Assembly (NCBI GenBank): GCA_965368435.1
Contig: CBDUMX010000002.1
Location: 1-35,340, forward strand
Direction: 5' to 3'
Length of the DNA stretch: 35,340 bases
Source of the DNA: an uncultured bacterium
GTDB taxonomy: Bacteria; Bacteroidota; Bacteroidia; NS11-12g; UBA9320
Under the pieces are notes generated by a model. It did no database searches. It had not been told where the DNA came from and saw only the letters and a list, made by a program, of their open reading frames with translations. This document shows positions 27,301 to 34,179 of the stretch, piece by piece; the stretch's first letter is position 1; each line of letters begins with the position of its first letter. Made by a program: the position numbers and the translations under genes.

Positions 27301-29155
27301 TCACTTGGTAGCTGAAAACCCTATGACGCATCTTCATGGTATATATTCCTGGCAAGTCAAAACTCGCACTAAATGTTGTGTCGTTTCCGGTTGAGATTTG
27401 ATTCCCAGCACTATCGGTTAAGGTCCAATCATACAAAAAATCAGCTTCTGGAGGGTTGCTATTCGCAACGCAAAGCACAGAATCACCAAAGCAAATAATA
27501 GTATCGCTTATTGTAAAGTCTGGGCTCACTTCTGCTATCCTAATAATACTATCAGCTATTAATGAATCTTTACATCCCGCAGTGTTTTGAACAACTAGTT
27601 TGTATCCATAATAACCTGTGTCATTATAAGTAACTCCTGGATTCTTTTTAGTTGAGGTTGAATGAACAGATGCAAAGTTTGGAGTATAAAAAGTCCAATT
27701 ATAACTTTCAATAGAACTGGGTGCTGCATTTTTAGTCCTATTTTGGTATATAATATTTGAACCGGGACAAGCAATTAAAGGGTATGGCCTGACATCTATG
27801 ACATAGGGTTCACTTCTAATTAAGTCTTGTTCAAAGGCTGTATCACTGCATCCCAACAGATCAGTTGCCACTAGTTCTACATTGAGAATTGCAGGAAAAC
27901 TGTCAAGAGTTACCGTTAAATCCTTGGATGTTGATGTCAAAAACAAACTGTCATTCCCACTGAAGTATATATTCCATACAAAACCACCGATACCAGCACT
28001 TGTGGTATCTGATTCATTAATCAAATTGATAATATGTGGAGTATCACAGTATATGTTATCTGTAAAACTAAAATCTGCTTTTGAACCTCTGATTCTAATG
28101 ATAGAATCTACATTTATTTGGCTTATACATCCATTGTGGTTTAATCTATAGTTGACATCGTGATAACCTGTATCGCGATAAACAACATCTGCATAGTTTG
28201 ATTTTTTCGCAACTATAGTTCCAGGTGTGGCGGTCCAAGTAAATGCTCCTGTTACCGAATTCGTCTGTGAAATCCTAATTAACTCACTTAAACATCCAAC
28301 TGTTTTCGGAATGGAGATTGATAAATTTTGCGTCTGACCTAACTCAATATAGTCTTCTTTTAATAAGGTGTAAACACAACCATTATTTGTAGTAACTGTT
28401 AATGTTACATCAAACGTACCGGCTGTTCTATAGTTAACCGCCGAAACAACCGCAGCACTTGAGCTTGGATTATCAGCACCCTGAAAACTCCAATTTAGGG
28501 TATTAATATTATTTCCTGTATAACTTGCAGTAAAGGAAGTTGAATACGGAACACAGTGGTTTGGATTACCGTTGCTGAAGTCTAAATTAATGTCGGGATA
28601 CACAACCAGAGTATCATAGAAATTCCCTACTGTCCGACAGCCAAAACTATCATCAACAACCAAGCTAATATCAATTAATCCTAAGCTATTGACACTAATT
28701 ACTGAAGTCTTTGGCTTATTGCTAAACGTTTGCCCATTTATTACCCAGTTTCTATTGGCAGATTTAGGTGTTAAGTCGGTTAGCACAACTGTATCAGGAC
28801 CAGTACATAATTTTACTCTCGAGGCTGAAAATTGCGGAGCAAGAGGAGGTCTTATGAATGTTATGCTGTCTACAGAATAATTGCAGACCATACCATTGCT
28901 GAGTGTCAGCCTTAAATTCACATTGATGTAATTGTAAACTGAACTCACAAAGGCATAATTAGATGTGCCTGTGTCGAAACCTAGACCATAATTCCATTCC
29001 ACAGTAGCAGTTCCCGGAACATTACTAGCTGTCAACTTTACTGAATCCGAATGGCAATAGCTTACTTGAGAAGCACTTATCACAAGGTTTGGACATTGTG
29101 CTGATGCAAAAAAACAGCTATAAGAAAAGAGTAATATGAAGAGAATTCTTGGCAT
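24320..29155 (-). CDS. 1611-aa PKD/Ig-like repeat adhesin-type protein with T9SS type B (gliding-motility-associated) C-terminal domain
   Basis: Signal peptide MPRILFILLFSYSCFFASAQ. More than 10 degenerate ~85-aa PKD-like units (recurring C..D...F.D.S......W.FGDG-type patterns, e.g. LLWIFGDGNT and FIDYGDGTP). Three FN3-like units (LLEWTPY..YEIYR, IEVRWRA..YEIKK, IQLRWSD..YEIVV). The last ~96 aa, VFIPNAFSPNKDGINETFKP...IYNRWGQLVF...WDGTY, carry the type B CTD signature (about nt 24323-24612). Confidence 0.9.
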   Translation of the reverse strand: MPRILFILLFSYSCFFASAQCPNLVISASQVSYCHSDSVKLTASNVPGTATVEWNYGLGFDTGTSNYAFVSSVYNYINVNLRLTLSNGMVCNYSVDSITFIRPPLAPQFSASRVKLCTGPDTVVLTDLTPKSANRNWVINGQTFSNKPKTSVISVNSLGLIDISLVVDDSFGCRTVGNFYDTLVVYPDINLDFSNGNPNHCVPYSTSFTASYTGNNINTLNWSFQGADNPSSSAAVVSAVNYRTAGTFDVTLTVTTNNGCVYTLLKEDYIELGQTQNLSISIPKTVGCLSELIRISQTNSVTGAFTWTATPGTIVAKKSNYADVVYRDTGYHDVNYRLNHNGCISQINVDSIIRIRGSKADFSFTDNIYCDTPHIINLINESDTTSAGIGGFVWNIYFSGNDSLFLTSTSKDLTVTLDSFPAILNVELVATDLLGCSDTAFEQDLIRSEPYVIDVRPYPLIACPGSNIIYQNRTKNAAPSSIESYNWTFYTPNFASVHSTSTKKNPGVTYNDTGYYGYKLVVQNTAGCKDSLIADSIIRIAEVSPDFTISDTIICFGDSVLCVANSNPPEADFLYDWTLTDSAGNQISTGNDTTFSASFDLPGIYTMKMRHRVFSYQVMNVCLDSMEKTVYANGAVGNVIIDTNSGCAPLTIQPYFEELINIHQGDTSQALQLNWSIQPNATVVSEATTSANPKFTLYDEDLYKISVFTTNSVGCGFYDEKGANIRVGVLAKFGPPNSSYCLNQHFTLWNRSEGFPTNLQWIVNPPGHHSIDSLDFDNYSIAFDSVGTYEVTLIASKDNQCADTFSHQYSIVPFAADFAVRDSLLECAPQLTEFYNRSTNADSLLWIFGDGNTLLNDTSFVSHTYTTNDSFNVTLIAMNNSGCSDTITKTNAVVINGPKLDVSVANAVGCEQLLVSFIDNSNGADLLFIDYGDGTPLDTGVNWYHQYVVQNGDSVQYYSPTLYGESVNGCMASLRLDSIVKVYSKPLPMLNVMPDTALCLGSELKYNSASGFTDSVKWYLDDVFISSNTSDSTLMNAIGYHQLKLVSRNDYGCVDSIGQEIFIKDIPQLTFDTSYLACYNALFRKEVIASGTPMSANYTWDMGEVSNANNIQSSANAFAEISYQTSGPKRILLDVLFANGCIRSDSSMAFVIGPDSLPNVAINYVTVNNAGGVDIAFNSSNYTYFDSYEFQKNGNFLSSVNSQSTSAIIDPAIVSSGNQYCYSIGVRDICQNSYTNARSHCAVVLSSSSLVHKEILLEWTPYVGWDSVLRYEIYRSTQGSPFGQISSVDGSILQYIDTNLCEDDYSYYVVAIQDNGPYNSKSNTVTQTSLYIPNTLNPSVQLATVNKQENIEVRWRASAYEYPMLYEIKKFENSLGNEVDVFQLTDTFLYDANVITAENNYFYTISEIDQCDNIIMGDRHAKTIVLTGNFENGGIQLRWSDYEQWLNGVDKYEIVVREFGVYNLVTTVGGNTTQYLDKALHQEEANGLYAYKVRAINIDGDTSYSNIIHVGGSPIVFIPNAFSPNKDGINETFKPKMRFTVSSTEDRPTDYELDIYNRWGQLVFHTLNRDDEWDGTYKSEPAQQGVYFYQLKVTDNTGRSYYHKGTVTLLR

Positions 29156-29186
29156 ATATAGACATCAACGTAGTTGTGTAGTTCAA

Positions 29187-29194
29187 CAAAGATA
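29187..29194 (-). promoter_or_regulatory. Bacteroidota-type -7 box (TAnnTTTG) for the PKD adhesin gene
   Basis: Minus strand reads TATCTTTG, a perfect match, 31 nt upstream of ATG 29155. Confidence 0.4.
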
Positions 29195-29270
29195 GTAAAT
29201 GCCTTTAAAACTAGGAGATAGCAATCCCCAGACTAAAGATTATGTTCAGATTTTGACACAGAAAAATCAA

Positions 29271-30587
29271 CTAAACAGCAAACCACTTTTCTATAAAGTC
29301 TCTGTTTTCTAATTTATCCAAATGATTTTCATTAATTAATTGCTTGACCTTTACCGTATTTCTAGCACCAATATTTAAAGCATCGCGGTAGGGAATATTT
29401 GTGAAGGTAACCATTTCGTATTGAGACTTAAAGAAGTCTGGATAGAGTTCGCTCAATTCGTGTTCTACTCTTTTGTACTCTAAAAATTCATCATCAGCAA
29501 CCAAATCACTCATTTCAGTGAAATTCTGTATAGCCAAATCCGCAATAGCATCGGCATTGGTTTTGCGTCTTTCTTGATATTCCTGCATTGCTTCATCCCA
29601 ATTTTCAAATTCATCTAAACACTCGGCCATCACAACGCAATCTTCGAAAGCACAATTCATCCCTTGACCATAAAACGGTACCACTGCGTGACAAGCATCG
29701 CCCATAAGCGTTGCCTTTCCTTTATTCCATGGATAACAGCGTACTGTTACTAGACTACCTGTTGGATTTTCTTTAAAATCTTGCACTAAATCGGGCATCA
29801 GAGGAACAGCATCTGGGAAATGTAGCTTGAAAAAATCTAGAATTTGTTGATCCGTTTCTAAGCTATCAATACTACTTGGACCTTCGTATTCTTGAAACAG
29901 GGTACAAGTGAAAGATTTGTCGGGATTGGGTAAGGCTATCATCATGAACTTACCGCGAGGCCATATGTGTAAACAATTAGGATCCAAAGCAAATTCGCCA
30001 TTTATTGGATTGATACACAGTTCTTTATAACCTACTGGTAAATATTCTTGCGAATAGTTGAATTGTGCATTCCTCATCATTCTGTTTCTCACAGCTGAAA
30101 ATGCACCATCAGCTCCGATTATAGCATCGGCTGTGGTTTCTACACTATTGCCCTCTTTATCTTTAAACCAGCATTTAGCATTCTCTAAGTCCACTTTTGT
30201 GCATTTCATATTAAAATGTAAATGAACATTAGGATTTTCATCTGCCAATTCCAATAACTGTACATTGAGATGAGCTCTAGACACTGAATTAATATGCTGA
30301 CCATCTTTGCCATATGGCTGATAAGAGAGCTCACCCTCAGTACTGTGCATCATCCTGCCCTTCATCGGAATTGCTTTTTTTAGGATAGCCTCACTTAATC
30401 CTACTCTAGAAAGAGCATTAATACCCCTTGTTGATAGTGCGAGGTTTATAGATTTTCCTGCAGGAATTTCAACATTTCTCATATCCGGTCTTCGCTCATA
30501 AACATCTACCTGATATCCTCTTTTGGCTAAATAAACAGCCATTAATGATCCTGCAAGACCACCACCAACCAACGTAATCTTTTTCAT
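29271..30587 (-). CDS. kmo: kynurenine 3-monooxygenase (FAD-dependent)
   Basis: FAD fingerprint MKKITLVGGGLAGSLMAVYLAKRGYQVDVYERR, plus GADGAFSAVR and GDACHAVVPFYGQGMN. I place the start at ATG 30587, not the track's 30647, because a perfect -7 box lies inside the 20-codon extension. Confidence 0.85.
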   Translation of the reverse strand: MKKITLVGGGLAGSLMAVYLAKRGYQVDVYERRPDMRNVEIPAGKSINLALSTRGINALSRVGLSEAILKKAIPMKGRMMHSTEGELSYQPYGKDGQHINSVSRAHLNVQLLELADENPNVHLHFNMKCTKVDLENAKCWFKDKEGNSVETTADAIIGADGAFSAVRNRMMRNAQFNYSQEYLPVGYKELCINPINGEFALDPNCLHIWPRGKFMMIALPNPDKSFTCTLFQEYEGPSSIDSLETDQQILDFFKLHFPDAVPLMPDLVQDFKENPTGSLVTVRCYPWNKGKATLMGDACHAVVPFYGQGMNCAFEDCVVMAECLDEFENWDEAMQEYQERRKTNADAIADLAIQNFTEMSDLVADDEFLEYKRVEHELSELYPDFFKSQYEMVTFTNIPYRDALNIGARNTVKVKQLINENHLDKLENRDFIEKWFAV

Positions 30588-30599
30588 ATGATATGGCCT

Positions 30600-30607
30600 C
30601 AAAGTTA
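30600..30607 (-). promoter_or_regulatory. Bacteroidota-type -7 box (TAnnTTTG) for kmo
   Basis: Minus strand reads TAACTTTG, a perfect match, 12 nt upstream of ATG 30587. Confidence 0.4.
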
Positions 30608-30640
30608 CAAGAATTGTGTTACTTTGGTTCCTCAAAATAG

Positions 30641-31513
30641 ATGGCAATTCAAAGTAAAAACATTTTAGTTGTTATTAATACTATTGCCGGTAATGGCTTA
30701 GCTAATAAAATTTACAGTCAGTTTTTCAGATTCCTAAAACACAATGACATACTTTTCTTCCCGTATCATACTACCGGAATCAACGATAAAGAAAATATTC
30801 AAAAGCTATTAGTTCACAGGGAATTCGACACTATAAGCATACTCGGAGGCGACGGCACTATTAATGCTGTTATCAACGCTATTGGTAAAAAAGATTATAA
30901 GATTCATGTTTTACCTTGCGGTACAGGTAATGATCTCTTGTCTAAAATTTCTCCAAGTAAAAACGTCAGTGAACATTTTGACACCATTCTCAAAGACAAT
31001 ACAGTTAAGATAGACCTTTTCAATTGCAACAACAAAAGATTCATAGTGAGTTTTGGAATTGGATTTGACGGCGCTGTTTGCGAGACCGTAGAGGCCTATA
31101 GGTCTAAGAGAATTCCTAAACAATTAGCTTATTGGTATGCTATCGTCAGAATAATAAGCGGTTGGAAAGAAGTTGTTTTGGAAATTGAAGATAGTAAAAG
31201 AGATGTATTCTTACTCAGTTTGGCGAACAATGACAGATTTGGTGGAGGTTTTTTAATAGCACCAAAAGCAGAGCTCGATGATCAGCTCTTAGAACTGGTT
31301 ATTGTGAAAAAAATAGGGTTTTGGGATCGCTGGCTCAATATTCTTAAGTTGAAAAATGGCAATCATCTCAATATGCCAATTGTAGATTACAAAAGGGTGA
31401 AACAATATGCTATTTATTCAGAACAAGTTATTCCCGCTCATGTTGATGGAGAATTGATGTACGACAAAAATTATATCATACAATACGATAGATCAATAGA
31501 AATCTGCGTCTAA
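30641..31513 (+). CDS. diacylglycerol-kinase-family lipid kinase (YegS/BmrU-like)
   Basis: 290 aa. NILVVINTIAGNG, ILGGDGTINAVINA and VLPCGTGNDL motifs of the DAGK catalytic domain. Confidence 0.85.
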   Translation: MAIQSKNILVVINTIAGNGLANKIYSQFFRFLKHNDILFFPYHTTGINDKENIQKLLVHREFDTISILGGDGTINAVINAIGKKDYKIHVLPCGTGNDLLSKISPSKNVSEHFDTILKDNTVKIDLFNCNNKRFIVSFGIGFDGAVCETVEAYRSKRIPKQLAYWYAIVRIISGWKEVVLEIEDSKRDVFLLSLANNDRFGGGFLIAPKAELDDQLLELVIVKKIGFWDRWLNILKLKNGNHLNMPIVDYKRVKQYAIYSEQVIPAHVDGELMYDKNYIIQYDRSIEICV

Positions 31514-32313
31514 TCTTTTAGCTCTTTTACCCACTTCTTCCAAAAATAAAGTGAGCCAGCTATAATTAATATGGCAATAAATTGAGAATGAGATAAAACA
31601 TTTTCGATGACATATCCTCTTGCTTCATCCCCTCTAAACAGCTCTACTATTGTTCTGCCTACTGCGTAAATCATCAGATAGACCAAAAACAATTGTCCTT
31701 CAAATTTCTTTTTCTTTTCTAAACTCAGAACAACAATTAAGACAATTAAGTTCACCGCTATATCGTACAACTGGGTTGGATGCAAAGCCACATTAAGTGG
31801 ATCTGCTAAACTGTCTGGATGACTATATGTAACCCCTAAAATATTATCACAGGCCTTGCCGTGACAACATCCAGCGAGAAAACAACCGACTCTTCCGAAA
31901 GAATGGACTATTGGACCTACAATTGCCAGTATGTCGAAAAATGGGCGAATTGGGATTTTTTTACTTCTTAACCACCAAAAAATGGTTGGAATGGCAAACA
32001 ATAGCGAACCGTAAAACACAAAGCCACCTCCACTAGCATCTAACATAGATGATGGATCCGAAAAGTATTTCTGCGGATTTTCAAAGTAAAAGAACAATTT
32101 ACCTCCAATAAAAGATGCCAAAACAACCCATATGAACAAACTGCTTAATTGATCCGAATCAACACCAAATTTTTTCGCTCTCCTCAATGCTACAATGAAG
32201 CTTACCAGTATTCCAAGAGCAATCATAACACCATAACTGTATACTGTTAATTCTGCTGGCAATAGCCATTGTAGCCATTCGGGGATTTTTATACTTATCA
32301 GTTTAGGAAACAT
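31510..32313 (-). CDS. lgt: prolipoprotein (phosphatidylglycerol) diacylglyceryl transferase
   Basis: 267 aa, polytopic. YGVMIALGILV, FGRVGCFLAGCCHGK and HPTQLYD motifs. The ATG is 1 nt after the GT2 stop. Confidence 0.9.
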   Translation of the reverse strand: MFPKLISIKIPEWLQWLLPAELTVYSYGVMIALGILVSFIVALRRAKKFGVDSDQLSSLFIWVVLASFIGGKLFFYFENPQKYFSDPSSMLDASGGGFVFYGSLLFAIPTIFWWLRSKKIPIRPFFDILAIVGPIVHSFGRVGCFLAGCCHGKACDNILGVTYSHPDSLADPLNVALHPTQLYDIAVNLIVLIVVLSLEKKKKFEGQLFLVYLMIYAVGRTIVELFRGDEARGYVIENVLSHSQFIAILIIAGSLYFWKKWVKELKD

Positions 32314-32314
32314 T

Positions 32315-33472
32315 TTATTCTTTTAAATAAGCACTATTGTACACTCTACCTTTCCATCTAGATTTAACTGGAAGGAAATAAAAAACTGCTGTTGTAAAGG
32401 TCACAGCTAAAACGTAGAACTCATACATTATTAATTGAGCAAAAGTAAAAGGCTTGACTTTAAGTTTAAGGCATAGTACCGTTATAAATATGGATTGGGC
32501 CATTAATTTTAAAAACCAAGTCAATAAAGCCAAATTAGTATTGATTATGAACAATGCTAACAAGGCAGGTATGAATAATCCGTATAAAATAATCATAAGC
32601 TTCCAATTTAAAGGAAGTTCGCGGGCACCGATTAACCATCTCTTTCTTTGATGAAGCATTTCTTTTGGCGACGACAAATGCTTTGCTATTCCCAATGTTT
32701 CTTGGCTTAAAGCATTGGACCATTTCCAGCCGTTAGCGCATACTTGTTGAAATAGTTTATAATCTTCAGTTATAGAAAAATCTATATTTTCATATCCCCC
32801 AGTTTCCCAATAAGCCTCTGCCCTTACAGCCATATTATTTCCTACGCTAGTGCTGCCTACACCTACTCTTGCGAATGCTTTAATATAACCCATGAAATGC
32901 AACCAATCTATGCTCTGCATGCTGGCAAAAAACTTACCGCGCTCACACATTGTAATACCAGAAGCAATACCTACCCCTCCCTCAAACTGCTTCAACATGC
33001 CCTTTATCCATTGCTTCGGTAGCGCCACGTCTACATCCGTTATGAAGTAGTATTCCCCATTGGCTTCATGCGCAAGATGAGCAAGCACATTGGCTTTACC
33101 TCTACCCTTTCCCATATTCTCTGTGATGTAGAACAATTTAATATGCTCATAGTCCTTGATAAAATCTTCTATAAGAGAAGCGGTTTTGTCAGTCGACATA
33201 TCATCGCCAATTAAAACTTGTAACTTGTCGATCGGGTAATCTAATTCAAGTATGGAAGTTAAGGACCTGATAATCTGGTGTTCTTCATTACGGGCTGCTA
33301 GTAAAATACTAACAGCAGGCCAGTTCTCATGTTCTTGAGCAATCAATTTAGTTTGCTTAGTTATCCAAACTAAGCGTCCGTTCTCAACATCAGCAAGTAT
33401 CCAAAACAAACTTAGAATTTGAATGAGAAAGAAACTGGCTAATACAGTGAAGAGTAGTGCTAATCCTAACAT
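32315..33472 (-). CDS. membrane-embedded processive family 2 glycosyltransferase (NodC/PgaC/GT21-like)
   Basis: One N-terminal TM and 3-4 C-terminal TM segments. D,D,D,Q(R)xRW signature: LLAARNEE, IGDDMSTD, ITDVDV, SITEDY, HQRKRW. ATG at 33472; the track's TTG at 33478 directly abuts the deacetylase stop. Confidence 0.85.
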   Translation of the reverse strand: MLGLALLFTVLASFFLIQILSLFWILADVENGRLVWITKQTKLIAQEHENWPAVSILLAARNEEHQIIRSLTSILELDYPIDKLQVLIGDDMSTDKTASLIEDFIKDYEHIKLFYITENMGKGRGKANVLAHLAHEANGEYYFITDVDVALPKQWIKGMLKQFEGGVGIASGITMCERGKFFASMQSIDWLHFMGYIKAFARVGVGSTSVGNNMAVRAEAYWETGGYENIDFSITEDYKLFQQVCANGWKWSNALSQETLGIAKHLSSPKEMLHQRKRWLIGARELPLNWKLMIILYGLFIPALLALFIINTNLALLTWFLKLMAQSIFITVLCLKLKVKPFTFAQLIMYEFYVLAVTFTTAVFYFLPVKSRWKGRVYNSAYLKE

Positions 33473-33478
33473 GCGCAA

Positions 33479-34081
33479 CTATATTGCTATGGCTTTATAC
33501 CCCTTATTCTTTAGGTACTCTAAATACTTTGGCAGAAGATATCTTAAATTTTCTTCTGCTTTTGAACTGTCGTGAAACACCACTACGCTTCCCGGTACAG
33601 TATTTCTAATGAGTCTCTTTAAACTCCAAGACTTATTCAAACCGCTCTTATAATCTCTACTTAAATTATCCCACATTACAATTTTATAATTCCCTAATTG
33701 TGCAATGGCTTTGGTATTAATTCGGCCATAAGGTGGCCTAAATAGATCTGTATGTGGAATATATTCATTGCATTTTTCTATATCATCTAGGTACTCTTTA
33801 GCTTCAACTGACCAACCTTTTAAATGATGCTGAGTATGATTGCCGATGCTATGCCCTGCTTTAATTATATTGTCGATAATTAATGGGTGCCTTTGAGCAT
33901 TCTCCCCAACCACAAAAAAACTGGCTTTTGCACCATAATCCTTCAAAACCGACAATACCCATGGTGTAATTGTTGGGTGTGGACCATCATCAAAGGTGAT
34001 AAAGACATGCTTCTTCTCCGTTTTTATTCTCCAAATGAACTTGGGATGAATCCACTTTCCGAAAGTATAGCTAAAGTTCAA
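33479..34081 (-). CDS. NodB-homology polysaccharide/chitooligosaccharide deacetylase, cytoplasmic type
   Basis: 200 aa with no signal peptide. Motif 1 is VFITFDDGPHP and motif 2 is IGNHTQHH. The only possible start is TTG 34081, because an in-frame TAA lies 3 codons upstream. Confidence 0.8.
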   Translation of the reverse strand: MNFSYTFGKWIHPKFIWRIKTEKKHVFITFDDGPHPTITPWVLSVLKDYGAKASFFVVGENAQRHPLIIDNIIKAGHSIGNHTQHHLKGWSVEAKEYLDDIEKCNEYIPHTDLFRPPYGRINTKAIAQLGNYKIVMWDNLSRDYKSGLNKSWSLKRLIRNTVPGSVVVFHDSSKAEENLRYLLPKYLEYLKNKGYKAIAI

Positions 34082-34168
34082 GGCTACAAATTAAAGAAAT
34101 AGAGATTGTAATAATCCATTATTCTATCGTATTAATCGAAGGGCAATAGTTAGATGCCGCTTTGCCAT

Positions 34169-34176
34169 TACATTTG
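34169..34176 (+). promoter_or_regulatory. Bacteroidota-type -7 box (TAnnTTTG) for the TolC-family gene
   Basis: TACATTTG is a perfect match, with 3 nt (GAT) before ATG 34180. Confidence 0.5.
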
Positions 34177-34179
34177 GAT

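Noticed and set aside
29249-29268. Hairpin GATTTT-N8-AAAATC downstream of kmo as a terminator
   Set aside because: A six-bp all-weak stem with only a short T run. It is not distinguishable from chance in this composition.
30588-30647. 20-codon N-terminal extension of the KMO ORF (MPSILRNQSNTILVTLRPYH)
   Set aside because: It precedes the canonical FAD-binding N-terminus, contains the predicted kmo promoter box, and would overlap the divergent lipid-kinase start.
2221-34102. All remaining 60-92-aa track ORFs nested in larger genes (for example 2221-2430, 4523-4744, 7308-7490, 7704-7961, 8367-8621, 9905-10135, 11381-11736, 12102-12296, 13064-13246, 16209-16406, 17171-17425, 19463-19657, 20613-20834, 22440-22664, 23468-23662, 25282-28880, 30911-31123, 32454-32723, 33887-34102)
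   Set aside because: Each is fully or largely embedded, antisense or out of frame, in a long ORF with strong family motifs. None has a promoter box, a signal peptide or recognisable motifs. This is the expected background in AT-rich DNA.
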